In this document: positions 1 to 9,065 of the stretch, piece after piece
Layout: every line of letters begins with the position of its first letter
Numbering within the stretch: the stretch's first letter is position 1
From: Beijerinckiaceae bacterium
Lineage (GTDB): Bacteria; Pseudomonadota; Alphaproteobacteria; Rhizobiales; Beijerinckiaceae
Assembly: GCA_051646285.1 (NCBI GenBank)
Contig: JBOFCU010000324.1
Location: 8,407-72,406, forward strand
DNA length: 64,000 bases
Direction of reading: 5' to 3'
Program-made: the position numbers and the translations under genes
The notes under the pieces: generated by a model
What the model saw: only the letters and a program-made list of their open reading frames with translations
Databases searched by the model: none
Told to the model about the DNA's origin: nothing

Positions 1-136
1 GCTCCGATTCCAGCCTTTCACCAATATACCAGGCGGCACCGACAGAGAACACGGTGACCAAAACCGCGCCTTTGACCGTCGTGGCCAGCATGGTGCCCGA
101 TGTGTCTTTCAAAAACCGATGAATCAGCGCGCGCAT
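1..136 (-). CDS. 5' end (first 45 codons) of a hypothetical membrane protein gene that runs off the left edge
   Basis: ATG at 136-134 on the minus strand opens an unbroken frame to position 1: MRALIHRFLKDTSGTMLATTVKGAVLVTVFSVGAAWYIGERLESE. A basic N-terminus is followed by a hydrophobic helix. The RFLKDxSG start is reminiscent of Tad/Flp pilus accessory proteins, but too little sequence is visible to call it. Confidence 0.3.
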   Translation of the reverse strand, partial: MRALIHRFLKDTSGTMLATTVKGAVLVTVFSVGAAWYIGERLESE

Positions 137-366
137 GACTGGCCCCAACCTGAATGACCGTCATTGTGCGCACTGATGGTAAAGAGAGTCTTGCCAATCG
201 CATAGCAGCGTCGCCAACGGGTAACTCTCCTGCACGCCATCATGGTTTTGGCGGGCATGCGCCGAGCAAGTCTCACGGGTATGTGACATTTTAGCACTCG
301 ACGTTTGGTCACGGATGCGGCAATCTCGTGGTGGAATCAGGGTTCAATTATAGAGGATATCGAAAT

Positions 367-1062
367 ATGAAACGTATTGTTGCAACTTTGCTCGCTGGCG
401 CTGCGATGATCGGTGCCGCATCGGCCGCTGATCTTCCGTCGCGGAAGGTTGCTCCGGTGGCTTTCGTCCCGGCTTTCTCATGGACCGGGTTCTATGTTGG
501 TCTTCAGGGCGGTTATCAGTGGGGCCGGACAACCGGCACACTCGCTAACGCCGCTGGCCTCCTGCCGGATCCTGCCGCTTACAATCCGAATGGTATGATG
601 GTTGGTGCCCATGTTGGTTACAACTATCAGATCAATCAGATCGTTGTCGGTCTTGAGGGTGATCTGGAATGGAGCGACCTGTCCGGCCGCGGGATTTCGG
701 TGTCGCTGGCCCGCTATCACACCACGAATGTTGATTGGCAGGCATCGATCCGCGCCCGTCTCGGTATCGCCATTGACCGCGCGCTCATCTATGTCACCGG
801 TGGTGTGGCGTTTGCTGACGTGAACCACACAATCGGCTTCACACCGGCTGTGCTTCCGTATCACTCCTATGGTTCGATGCGCACGGGCTGGACGGCAGGT
901 GCTGGTCTTGAATACGCCTTCACCAACAATTGGACGGGCCGCGTTGAATATCGTTATGCCGACTATGGCAAAACGAGTGCGACATCTATTGCGAACAACT
1001 CGAACGACCGCAGCCATCTGACGACACATGCTGTGCGCGTTGGCGTCAGCTACAAGTTCTGA
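367..1062 (+). CDS. Outer-membrane beta-barrel protein, Omp25/Omp31/OmpA-like porin family
   Basis: ORF 328-1062. The ATG at 367 gives the Sec signal peptide MKRIVATLLAGAAMIGAASA/ADL. Gly/Tyr/Trp-rich alternating strand pattern and a C-terminal ...VRVGVSYKF with terminal Phe, typical of small OM barrels in this order. Confidence 0.85.
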   Translation: MKRIVATLLAGAAMIGAASAADLPSRKVAPVAFVPAFSWTGFYVGLQGGYQWGRTTGTLANAAGLLPDPAAYNPNGMMVGAHVGYNYQINQIVVGLEGDLEWSDLSGRGISVSLARYHTTNVDWQASIRARLGIAIDRALIYVTGGVAFADVNHTIGFTPAVLPYHSYGSMRTGWTAGAGLEYAFTNNWTGRVEYRYADYGKTSATSIANNSNDRSHLTTHAVRVGVSYKF

Positions 1063-1081
1063 CCCCTCTCAGGGGGCAGAG

Positions 1082-1110
1082 AAAAACCCGGCGGAAACGC
1101 CGGGTTTTTT
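1082..1110. terminator. Bidirectional rho-independent terminator between the convergent omp and parE genes
   Basis: Stem cccggcg (1087-1093), loop gaaa, stem cgccggg (1098-1104). An A-run lies upstream (1082-1086) and a T-run downstream (1105-1110). Confidence 0.75.
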
Positions 1111-1172
1111 GTTGTTCTGTTTTGCGATTATCGTTGAAGCGGCAAAGCTGCGGCAGCCGTGCGAGAACAGGT

Positions 1173-3338
1173 TTAAATATCCAGCAGATCGCCTTCGGCA
1201 AATGCAGCGCGTTCCTGGATAAAGGCAAAGCGGGCTTCCGGTTTGTTGCCCATCAACCGCTCAACCGTATCGCCGGTGTCGTTGCGGTCTTCCTGCAAGA
1301 CAACGACCTTCAACAGCGTACGCTTCTTCGGGTCCATCGTCGTTTCCTTCAATTGCGCCGGCATCATCTCGCCAAGGCCCTTAAAGCGGCCGATCTCCGG
1401 TTTTTTGCCCTTGAAAAGTGAGCCGAGCAATTCGTTGCGGTGCGCATCGTCGCGGGCATAGGCGGTCTTGCCGCCATGGCTGAGGCGGTAGAGCGGCGGC
1501 ACTGCCATATACAAATGGCCCTGATCAATCAGTTTCGGCATCTGGCGCCAGAAGTATGTGATGAGCAGTGATGCGATATGCGCGCCGTCGACATCGGCGT
1601 CGGTCATGATGATCACGCGCTCATAGCGCAAGTCATCACTGCGGAAATTCGATCCGGAGCCGCACCCCAGCGCCAGTTGCAGATCGCCGATCTGCTGGTT
1701 GGCCGTGACCTTGTCGCGCGTGGCGTTGGCGACATTGAGAATTTTGCCGCGCAGCGGCAGCACCGCCTGCGTGGCGCGGTCCCGCGCCTGTTTGGCCGAG
1801 CCACCGGCGGAATCGCCTTCCACAATAAACAATTCCGAATTGTCCTGGCCTGCGTTGGTGCAATCCGCCAGCTTGCCGGGGAGGCGGAGCTTTTTCACCG
1901 CGCTCTTGCGGGCCACTTCCTTTTCGGCGCGGCGGCGCAGCCGTTCGTCACTGCGCTCAATGGCGAAATCAAGCAGACGAACAGCCTGGGCTGGCGCGGC
2001 GGCAAGCCAGTGGTCAAAGGCATCACGCACGGCATTTTCAACAATGCGGCCTGCCTCAACCGTCGCCAGCTTGTCCTTGGTCTGGCCAACAAATTCCGGC
2101 TCGCGGATAAAGACCGAGAGCATGGCGGCGCAGCAGACCATCACGTCATCGGTGGTGAGATTGGCAGCGCGTTTGCTCTGGCCAATGCGTTCGGCATGGT
2201 CTTTCAGGCCGCGCAGCAGGGCCACGCGCAGACCGGATTCATGGGTGCCGCCATCCGCCGTGGGAATGGTGTTGCAGTAGGACGAGACGAAACCGTCATC
2301 ACCGGCCAGCCACGCCACGGCCCATTCGCAGGTGCCATGCCCGCCGCCGGGTTTGGAGACTTTGCCCGAGAACATATTGTCGGCAACGCAATCGCGCCCT
2401 TCAATATCCTTGGCCAGATAATCCTTCAGGCCGCCGGGAAATTTGAACATCGCCTCAGGCGGCAGTTCATAAGGCGCCACGACGCTGTCCGGCGCTTTCC
2501 AGCGAATTTCCACACCGCCAAACAAATAGGCCTTTGAGCGCGCCATCTTGAAAATGCGGCGCGGGTCGAAATGCGCCTTTTCGCCGAATATTTGCGGATC
2601 AGGCTTGAAGCGCACGCGCGTGCCGCGGCGGTTGTGCACATCGCCGAGATTTTTCAATTTGCCGAGGGGAATGCCGCGGGAAAAATCCTGCCGGTAGAGT
2701 TGCCGCCCACGCGCCACCTCGACTTCAAGTTTTTCAGACAGGGCGTTGACCACCGAAATGCCGACACCATGCAGGCCGCCGGATGTTTCATAAACCTTCG
2801 AGTCGAATTTGCCGCCGGCATGCAGCGTGCACATGATCACTTCGAGCGCCGACTTGTCCTTGAATTTGGGATGGGGGTCGACGGGAATGCCGCGCCCGTT
2901 ATCGGTGACAATCAGGTAGCCCTCGGCATCCATTTCCACCTCGATGAAGGTGGCATGCCCGGCCACCGCTTCGTCCATGGAATTGTCGATGACTTCGGCA
3001 AAGAGGTGATGCAGCGCCTTTTCGTCGGTGCCGCCAATATATATGCCGGGGCGGCGGCGCACGGGCTCCAGCCCTTCCAGCACCTCGATGGATGAAGCGG
3101 TGTAGCCAGCTTCGCCCGGCGTCATGCCTTCTGCATTGCCGCCGGATTTCTTCGTCGCCATATCTTTTCTTTCCTTTTCGGCCCGCAGTGCCGCCGTGCG
3201 GGCATCTTCCGCAGCCTTGCGGGCACGGACCAGATCATCGCGCATCTTGACGCTGGGCGGCGTGCCGGCATTGACCGTATCGGCAGGCCGCGTTGCCGTG
3301 CCAAACAGGTCAGGCGCTTTTTCAGGTTTGCGAGACAT
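1173..3338 (-). CDS. parE: DNA topoisomerase IV subunit B
   Basis: ORF 1173-3377. GHKL ATPase motifs (EVIDNSMDEA, DNGRGIP, GGLHGVG) and Toprim motifs (EGDSAGG, IMTDADVDGAHI). Length and the C-terminal LMGNKPEARFAFIQE fit ParE rather than GyrB. The ATG at 3338 is preferred over 3377. A basic, low-complexity N-terminal extension of about 85 aa is present. Confidence 0.9.
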   Translation of the reverse strand: MSRKPEKAPDLFGTATRPADTVNAGTPPSVKMRDDLVRARKAAEDARTAALRAEKERKDMATKKSGGNAEGMTPGEAGYTASSIEVLEGLEPVRRRPGIYIGGTDEKALHHLFAEVIDNSMDEAVAGHATFIEVEMDAEGYLIVTDNGRGIPVDPHPKFKDKSALEVIMCTLHAGGKFDSKVYETSGGLHGVGISVVNALSEKLEVEVARGRQLYRQDFSRGIPLGKLKNLGDVHNRRGTRVRFKPDPQIFGEKAHFDPRRIFKMARSKAYLFGGVEIRWKAPDSVVAPYELPPEAMFKFPGGLKDYLAKDIEGRDCVADNMFSGKVSKPGGGHGTCEWAVAWLAGDDGFVSSYCNTIPTADGGTHESGLRVALLRGLKDHAERIGQSKRAANLTTDDVMVCCAAMLSVFIREPEFVGQTKDKLATVEAGRIVENAVRDAFDHWLAAAPAQAVRLLDFAIERSDERLRRRAEKEVARKSAVKKLRLPGKLADCTNAGQDNSELFIVEGDSAGGSAKQARDRATQAVLPLRGKILNVANATRDKVTANQQIGDLQLALGCGSGSNFRSDDLRYERVIIMTDADVDGAHIASLLITYFWRQMPKLIDQGHLYMAVPPLYRLSHGGKTAYARDDAHRNELLGSLFKGKKPEIGRFKGLGEMMPAQLKETTMDPKKRTLLKVVVLQEDRNDTGDTVERLMGNKPEARFAFIQERAAFAEGDLLDI

Positions 3339-3456
3339 GCATATCCGTCCGTGATTCGGTTGGGCGGACTTTCGCATGGTGGGCGGCTAAACGGAATCGC
3401 CTCGCGTCCGTCAGGTGTTTTTCTTTTGCCATTTCTCAGGCAAGGCGGGCTGCCGG

Positions 3457-3792
3457 TCAGCCGCGCTGTTCGTCCGGCACCGCGCAGCGTGCCGCCTCAT
3501 CAATGATGGAGCGGGCTTCGACCAGACGCTGCTGCGCCAGCACAGTGGCTTTGTCATTGGCGATGGGTTTGAGCATCGATGCTTCGCCGCGCAGGCAACC
3601 GGCCGCAAATGTCACGCCGGCAAGGCCAAGCAGAACGCCGCCGGCAAGAGAAAAATGAAGGGGCAGGCCCAGCACCTCGGTTTCAGCTGTTGCTGGCCCA
3701 AGGATAAAAGCGGTGCCGATCATTGCCGCTCCTAGCGCCGTGAAAGAAAGAATGCGCTTTTTGCCTGTGCTGCAAGCATTCTGTTCATTCAT
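3457..3792 (-). CDS. Hypothetical small membrane protein (about 111 aa)
   Basis: ORF 3457-3918. The internal ATG at 3792 is preceded by AAGGGAAA. Two hydrophobic helices (ILSFTALGAAMIGTAFILG, GGVLLGLAGVTFAAG) are followed by a soluble helical tail. No family recognised. Confidence 0.45.
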   Translation of the reverse strand: MNEQNACSTGKKRILSFTALGAAMIGTAFILGPATAETEVLGLPLHFSLAGGVLLGLAGVTFAAGCLRGEASMLKPIANDKATVLAQQRLVEARSIIDEAARCAVPDEQRG

Positions 3793-4367
3793 GACCGTTT
3801 CCCTTTTTCCCATTCCCGCACGCCGTGCAGCCGCATCAATGTCCGTGACCAAACCGCAGCATTGGCATTGGCGTGACAAACATGTCAGCCCCAAGGCAAA
3901 AAATGCGCGCGATGCCAACTATTTCACTTCACAGGAAAAACCGTCAACAAATCGTCAACTGAATTGATTAATCGTACGTCATAGAGTTTTGGATCGGGTT
4001 GGCAATCATGGCGTCTTCGTTTCAACTGCAACTGCAAGCTGAACAATTGCAGCGCACGTCCGAGATGGCCGGACACGCTTTCGGCCATGGCGCTGATGGC
4101 GAGGGCGAGGGTGCGCAATCCTTGCCATCGGCCGGTGCGCAGCCGGTTGCCCACTGGCGATGGATGGCCGTGCTGGGGATAGCCGGTCTCGTCTTGCTCG
4201 CCATGGCTGCCTTGAGCTGACGTCTTGCAATGATCCGCCTGGTGGATAACGCACCGGCAATTATGCCTGCGCTGTCTGTGGATATTCAGCCAGCGTTCAT
4301 GCCGCCATCGTAACGTCATGCCCATGCCTGAGAAGAGCGCGTTCAGCGCTGGGCGAGGGGTTCGACC

Positions 4368-6695
4368 GTGGTTCAGTGGCTGTTGCGCCGTCCCTATCTG
4401 GCGGCTTCTCTGCTCTTTGTAGCGGCATGGGTTGCGATCGGCTGGCCCTGGCTGTCAGGCGCAGTCACAATTCCCTACGATGCGAAAGCCCATTTTCAGG
4501 CTCAGGTCGCTTTCCTCGCCAAGGCGATCCATGAAGGCCAGTCACCATTCTGGGTGCCAAATGTCTTTGCCGGATCGCCGCAAATTGCCGATCCGCAATC
4601 GCTGATTTTTTCACCGGCGCTGATTTTGGCACTGCTGACAGCCAATCCCAGCTTCTGGGCGGTTGATGTGCTTGTGCTGGTGATGCTTGGCGTGGGCGGC
4701 CTCGGTATCATCGGTTTTTTCCGTGACCGGGCATGGCATCCGGCAGGGGCTATTGTCGCAGCGCTTGGGTTTACATTTGGCGCGTCGGCCGCGTGGCGCA
4801 TCCAGCATATTGGGCAAATCGAATCCTATGCGGCATTCGGGCTTGCGCTCTGGCTGCTGGCGCGTGCGCTCGAGCGCCGCAGCGCCATCTGGGGGGCGTG
4901 GGCCGGGGCGGCGGCTGGCCTGATGGTGGTTGGCCCCGATCAGGTCGCCTACCTCGCCTTGCTGGTGCTGGCCGGATATGTCGCCGATTATTGGCTCCGG
5001 CAGGAGCTGCGCGGGCCGGGGTTTAGAGCCAGCCTGCGCCCGCTGGCGGCTGGCGCTGCCGCTGGCATTGCGGTCGTTGCCTTGCCGCTTGTCATGACCA
5101 TGCTGTTTGCTGGTGAGACGCAGCGTGCCGACATCCCGTTTTCGGAAGCTGTGAAAGGGTCACTCCATCCGGCATCGCTGCTGACATTCGTGATCGCTGA
5201 TCTATTTGGTGCCGCCGATCCATCCGTGGATTACTGGGGGCCCTCCAGTGTTGCGTGGGACCCGGGTTCGCTGTCGCTCTCGCAGAATATGGGGCAGTTG
5301 TATCTGGGCGCACTTCCAGCGCTGGTGGTTCTGGCGTTTGGTCTGTTACGCGGCATCCTGGCCGGGCGCGATATCCGTTTTTTCTGCATCGCTGCGCTGG
5401 CCATGGTTGCCTATGCGCTTGGCCACTACACGCCGCTGTTTCATTATTTTTATGACTGGCTGCCGGGCGTCCATCTGTTTCGCCGGCCAGCGGATGCAAC
5501 TTTTCTGATCGGTGCGCTCGTCTCCATTCTCGGCGGCTATTGCGTGCATCGCTGGCTGGCCGACACCGATGAGCGGGTGCCATCGCGGGCGGGGGCATTT
5601 GATATTGCGCTGATCATCGGGCTGCTGGCACTCTCGCTCGTGCTGGCCACCTCGCATGGGCACTTCGGCGACGCGGTGAAGCCGGTCATCACATCTTTCG
5701 GCTGGTTTGCGGTTGCTGCCGCCATTCTAATTTCAGCGCGCTCGCTGCGCCGGTCGGCGCCGCTGGTGCCGCTGGTGCTGGTGACGCTGATGAGTGCTGC
5801 CGATTTGCGCATGAACAATGGGCCGAATGAATCGACGGCGCTTGCGCACAAGCAATATGATGTGCTCGATCCGGCGACAAAAAATGAGACGATCCGTTTT
5901 TTGAAGGAAAAACTCGCGGGCAAGAAAAACTCGGATCGCCGCGACCGCGTGGAACTGGTTGGCCTTGGCTTTGAATGGCCCAATGTTGGCCTTGTGCACG
6001 GGTTTGATCACACGCTGGGCTATAACCCCTTGCGCATGGCCGATTTTGTTGATGCGACAGGCGCGCGCGACACCATTGCCGGGCCGGATCAGAAACGGTT
6101 CTCGCGCCTGTTCCCGCGCTACCGCTGCAAAATGGCGGATATGCTGGGCCTGCGCTACATCGTCTCCAGCATCCCGATTGATCAGGTCGACAAGCAATAT
6201 AAGCCCGGTGACCTGCGCTTCGTCACGCGCACGAAGGACGGCTTTATTTACGAAAATCCCAATGCGCTGCCGCGTGTGCTGTTCACCAGTGAATTTCGTG
6301 TAGCCGATTTCGAGGAACTGCAAAAAACCGGGCAGTGGCCGGACTTTGATGCGCGCAAGACAGTGCTGCTCGATGCGGTGCCGGACGGGCCAATTGCCAA
6401 CAATCTTGATCCGGGCGGGCCTTCAACAGCCACGCTGACACGCTACGAAAATACCACGATTGAAATCGCCGTTGATGCCGGGCAGGCGGGGTTCGTCGTG
6501 CTCAACGATATGTATCACGACTGGTGGGAAGCGACGCTCGATGGCAAGCCTGTCGATATTCTGCGCGCCAATGTGCTGTTCCGCGCCGTGCAGGTGCCAG
6601 CCGGCAAGCATGTGCTGACATTCGAATTCAAGCCTCTGAATGGTGTTGTGGCGGATTTGAAGGAGCGGGTGCTGGGCGAGGAGGAAGAGGAGTGA
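4368..6695 (+). CDS. Large polytopic membrane protein with a soluble C-terminal domain, YfhO/GT-C-like (function unknown)
   Basis: GTG at 4368 is preceded by GAGGGG. A region of about 530 aa with many hydrophobic helices is followed by a hydrophilic C-terminal domain of about 240 aa. The architecture resembles YfhO-type membrane glycosyltransferase-like proteins. Family assignment is from memory only. Confidence 0.75.
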   Translation: MVQWLLRRPYLAASLLFVAAWVAIGWPWLSGAVTIPYDAKAHFQAQVAFLAKAIHEGQSPFWVPNVFAGSPQIADPQSLIFSPALILALLTANPSFWAVDVLVLVMLGVGGLGIIGFFRDRAWHPAGAIVAALGFTFGASAAWRIQHIGQIESYAAFGLALWLLARALERRSAIWGAWAGAAAGLMVVGPDQVAYLALLVLAGYVADYWLRQELRGPGFRASLRPLAAGAAAGIAVVALPLVMTMLFAGETQRADIPFSEAVKGSLHPASLLTFVIADLFGAADPSVDYWGPSSVAWDPGSLSLSQNMGQLYLGALPALVVLAFGLLRGILAGRDIRFFCIAALAMVAYALGHYTPLFHYFYDWLPGVHLFRRPADATFLIGALVSILGGYCVHRWLADTDERVPSRAGAFDIALIIGLLALSLVLATSHGHFGDAVKPVITSFGWFAVAAAILISARSLRRSAPLVPLVLVTLMSAADLRMNNGPNESTALAHKQYDVLDPATKNETIRFLKEKLAGKKNSDRRDRVELVGLGFEWPNVGLVHGFDHTLGYNPLRMADFVDATGARDTIAGPDQKRFSRLFPRYRCKMADMLGLRYIVSSIPIDQVDKQYKPGDLRFVTRTKDGFIYENPNALPRVLFTSEFRVADFEELQKTGQWPDFDARKTVLLDAVPDGPIANNLDPGGPSTATLTRYENTTIEIAVDAGQAGFVVLNDMYHDWWEATLDGKPVDILRANVLFRAVQVPAGKHVLTFEFKPLNGVVADLKERVLGEEEEE

Positions 6696-6743
6696 AGCAT
6701 CTTTCTGGCCAGGATTGGCGCGGGCGTTTCGCACATGCTCAAT

Positions 6744-6869
6744 CGTCATGCCCGTGCTTGTCACGGGCATCCACGTCTTAATTTGAGTATTGCAAGCAAG
6801 GCGTGGATGGCCGGAATTGAAGCGTCCGCAAAACATGAAGTGTTTTGCAGCGGAACTCCGGCCATGACG
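6744..6869. repeat. REP-like nested palindromic intergenic element
   Basis: Inverted repeats: atgcccgtg/cacgggcat (6748-6770); catccacg (6768-6775) with cgtggatg (6802-6809); gcaaaaca/tgttttgc (6828-6848); outer cgtcatg (6744-6750) with catgacg (6863-6869). Translated fragments (GHPRL..., KTWMP..TS.GMT) match the spurious-ORF signature of a palindromic repeat family widespread in alphaproteobacteria. Confidence 0.55.
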
Positions 6870-6882
6870 GCTGGGAGAGTCG

Positions 6883-6916
6883 AAAAAAAGGCCGCCCTGA
6901 GGCGGCCTTTTCTTTT
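6883..6916. terminator. Bidirectional rho-independent terminator (membrane protein gene on +, glnA on -)
   Basis: Stem ggccgcc (6890-6896), loop ctga, stem ggcggcc (6901-6907). Flanked by aaaaaaa upstream and ttttctttt downstream. Confidence 0.75.
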
Positions 6917-7030
6917 CGCGGACCATCCGATTTTTGCGCGAAACCGGTTCCCACATTTCGGCGCGATGCGCTGATTGTTTGCGCATCGCCTTGATCGAAA
7001 AACCGCTGCGCCCTTTTTCGGGCGATGCGA

Positions 7031-8440
7031 TCAAGCCGAATAATACATCACATATTCGACCGGGTGCGGGGTGTGCTCGAAGCGGATGACTTCCTGCATT
7101 TTCAGCTCGATGTAAGCGTCGATGAAGTCGTCATTGAACACGCCGCCGGCTTTCAGGAAGCCGCGGTTCTTGTCGAGGGATTCCAGCGCTTCGCGCAAGC
7201 TGCCGCACACGGTCGGGATCTTTTTCAACTCCTTGGGCGGAAGATCGTAGAGATCCTTGTCCATGGCTGCACCCGGATCGATCTTGTTCACGATGCCGTC
7301 CATGCCCGCCATCAGAAGGGCAGCGAAGCAAAGATACGGATTCGCGGTCGGATCAGGGAAACGCACTTCCACGCGCTTGGCCTTCGGGTTCGCCGTCCAC
7401 GGAATACGGCAGGACGCCGACCGGTTACGCGCAGAATAGGCCAGCAGCACCGGCGCTTCAAAGCCTGGAACCAGACGCTTGTAGGAGTTGGTTGCCGGGT
7501 TGGTGAAGGCATTCACGGCCTTGGCGTTCTTGATCACGCCGCCGATGAAATACAGGCACTCCTGGCTCAGGTCGGCGTACTTGTTGCCGGCGAACATGGG
7601 CTTGCCCTTGTTCCAGATCGAGAAGTGGCAGTGCATGCCCGACCCGTTGTCGCCATAGACCGGCTTCGGCATGAAGGTCGCGGTCTTGCCATAGCTCTGC
7701 GCGACATTGTGGATGCAGTATTTATAGATCTGCATCTGGTCGCCCATGCGGGTCAGCGTGTCATACTTCATGCCAAGCTCGTGCTGGGCGGAAGCGACTT
7801 CGTGATGGTGCTTTTCAACGGTGACGCCCATGGCCGCCATGGCGGCCAGCATTTCGCCGCGCATATCCTGCGAGGAATCCAGCGGCGGAACCGGGAAATA
7901 GCCGCCCTTGATCGGCACGCGGTGGCCAAGGTTGCCGCCTTCGTAATCGGTCATGCCGTTGATCGGCAGTTCCGCGTGGTCGAGCTTGAACGCGACCTGA
8001 TAGGTGTCAGCCGTGAACTTGGCGTCGTCGAAAATGAAGAACTCGGCTTCCGGGCCGACATAGATGGTGTCGCCCACGCCCGTGGACTTCACGTAGGCTT
8101 CCGCCTTCTTGGCAATGCCGCGCGGATCGCGTGAATAGGGTTCGCCCGTGCCCGGCTCAACAATGTCGCAGACCACAGACAGCGTGGAGGCGGCAAAGAA
8201 CGGGTCCATCTGGGCTGAAGTCGGGTCCGGCATGAGGGTCATGTCGGATTCGTTGATGGCCTTCCAGCCAGCGATGGACGAGCCATCAAACATGATGCCT
8301 TCGGCAAACATTTCTTCATCGACCATCGACACGTCGTAGGTCATGTGCTGCCACTTGCCGCGCGGGTCGGTGAAACGAAAATCGACGTACTTGACGTCAT
8401 TGTCCTTGATCGCCTTCAGGACATCCTTGGCGCTTTTCAT
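7031..8440 (-). CDS. glnA: Glutamine synthetase type I
   Basis: 469 aa, [32 protein letters not shown]... Canonical GSI length and motifs, including the adenylylation-site context NLYDLPPKE. Sits immediately downstream of glnB. Confidence 0.97.
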   Translation of the reverse strand: MKSAKDVLKAIKDNDVKYVDFRFTDPRGKWQHMTYDVSMVDEEMFAEGIMFDGSSIAGWKAINESDMTLMPDPTSAQMDPFFAASTLSVVCDIVEPGTGEPYSRDPRGIAKKAEAYVKSTGVGDTIYVGPEAEFFIFDDAKFTADTYQVAFKLDHAELPINGMTDYEGGNLGHRVPIKGGYFPVPPLDSSQDMRGEMLAAMAAMGVTVEKHHHEVASAQHELGMKYDTLTRMGDQMQIYKYCIHNVAQSYGKTATFMPKPVYGDNGSGMHCHFSIWNKGKPMFAGNKYADLSQECLYFIGGVIKNAKAVNAFTNPATNSYKRLVPGFEAPVLLAYSARNRSASCRIPWTANPKAKRVEVRFPDPTANPYLCFAALLMAGMDGIVNKIDPGAAMDKDLYDLPPKELKKIPTVCGSLREALESLDKNRGFLKAGGVFNDDFIDAYIELKMQEVIRFEHTPHPVEYVMYYSA

Positions 8441-8557
8441 CAGTCTGGTCCCTGGTCAGAAAAACGGTGTTTGAAACCGCGAGGTGGAAGTGGTGGGGTC
8501 ATCATTTGCAGCATCAGCCTGGTGCCGGAACCGGCGCCATTGTGCAGGGCTAATGCC

Positions 8558-8926
<369 letters not shown>

Positions 8927-9065
8927 CTAAAGGCATCGGGCTTGGCGCGCATGTCTGATAGCATCCCTTTCGCGGCGCACCAATCGGCATCCGCGTCTCA
9001 GCAGTCCGGAAAATGAGCAAACCCACACAAGAGTCTGCCGCTTTTTTGTGCAGATAGGTGAATAA

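Noticed and set aside
3999-4220. 73-codon ORF (MAIMASSFQLQLQAEQ...WRWMAVLGIAGLVLLAMAALS) as a feature.
   Set aside because: It has no convincing SD sequence, a low-complexity N-terminal half, and nothing to support conservation. It is mentioned only inside a finding, not called as a gene.
6423-7034. 203-aa minus-strand ORF (and the 79-aa plus-strand ORF at 6735-6974) spanning the intergenic region before glnA.
   Set aside because: They run through the palindromic REP-like element and the terminator hairpins. The peptide strings (GHPRLACNTQIKTWMPVTSTGMT) are the known translation artefact of this kind of repeat. No SD sequence or domain supports a gene.
7025-8134. 369-aa ORF on the plus strand opposite glnA. 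Similar long antisense ORFs lie opposite parE (1578-2537), the carboxypeptidase (28874-30019), ispDF (46650-47663), gph (55756-56499), pcaI (61210-62034) and pcaF (63174-63959).
   Set aside because: These are shadow ORFs typical of high-GC DNA. In each case the opposite strand encodes a protein with unmistakable family motifs. The antisense products are Arg/Ala/Gly-rich with no recognisable domains.
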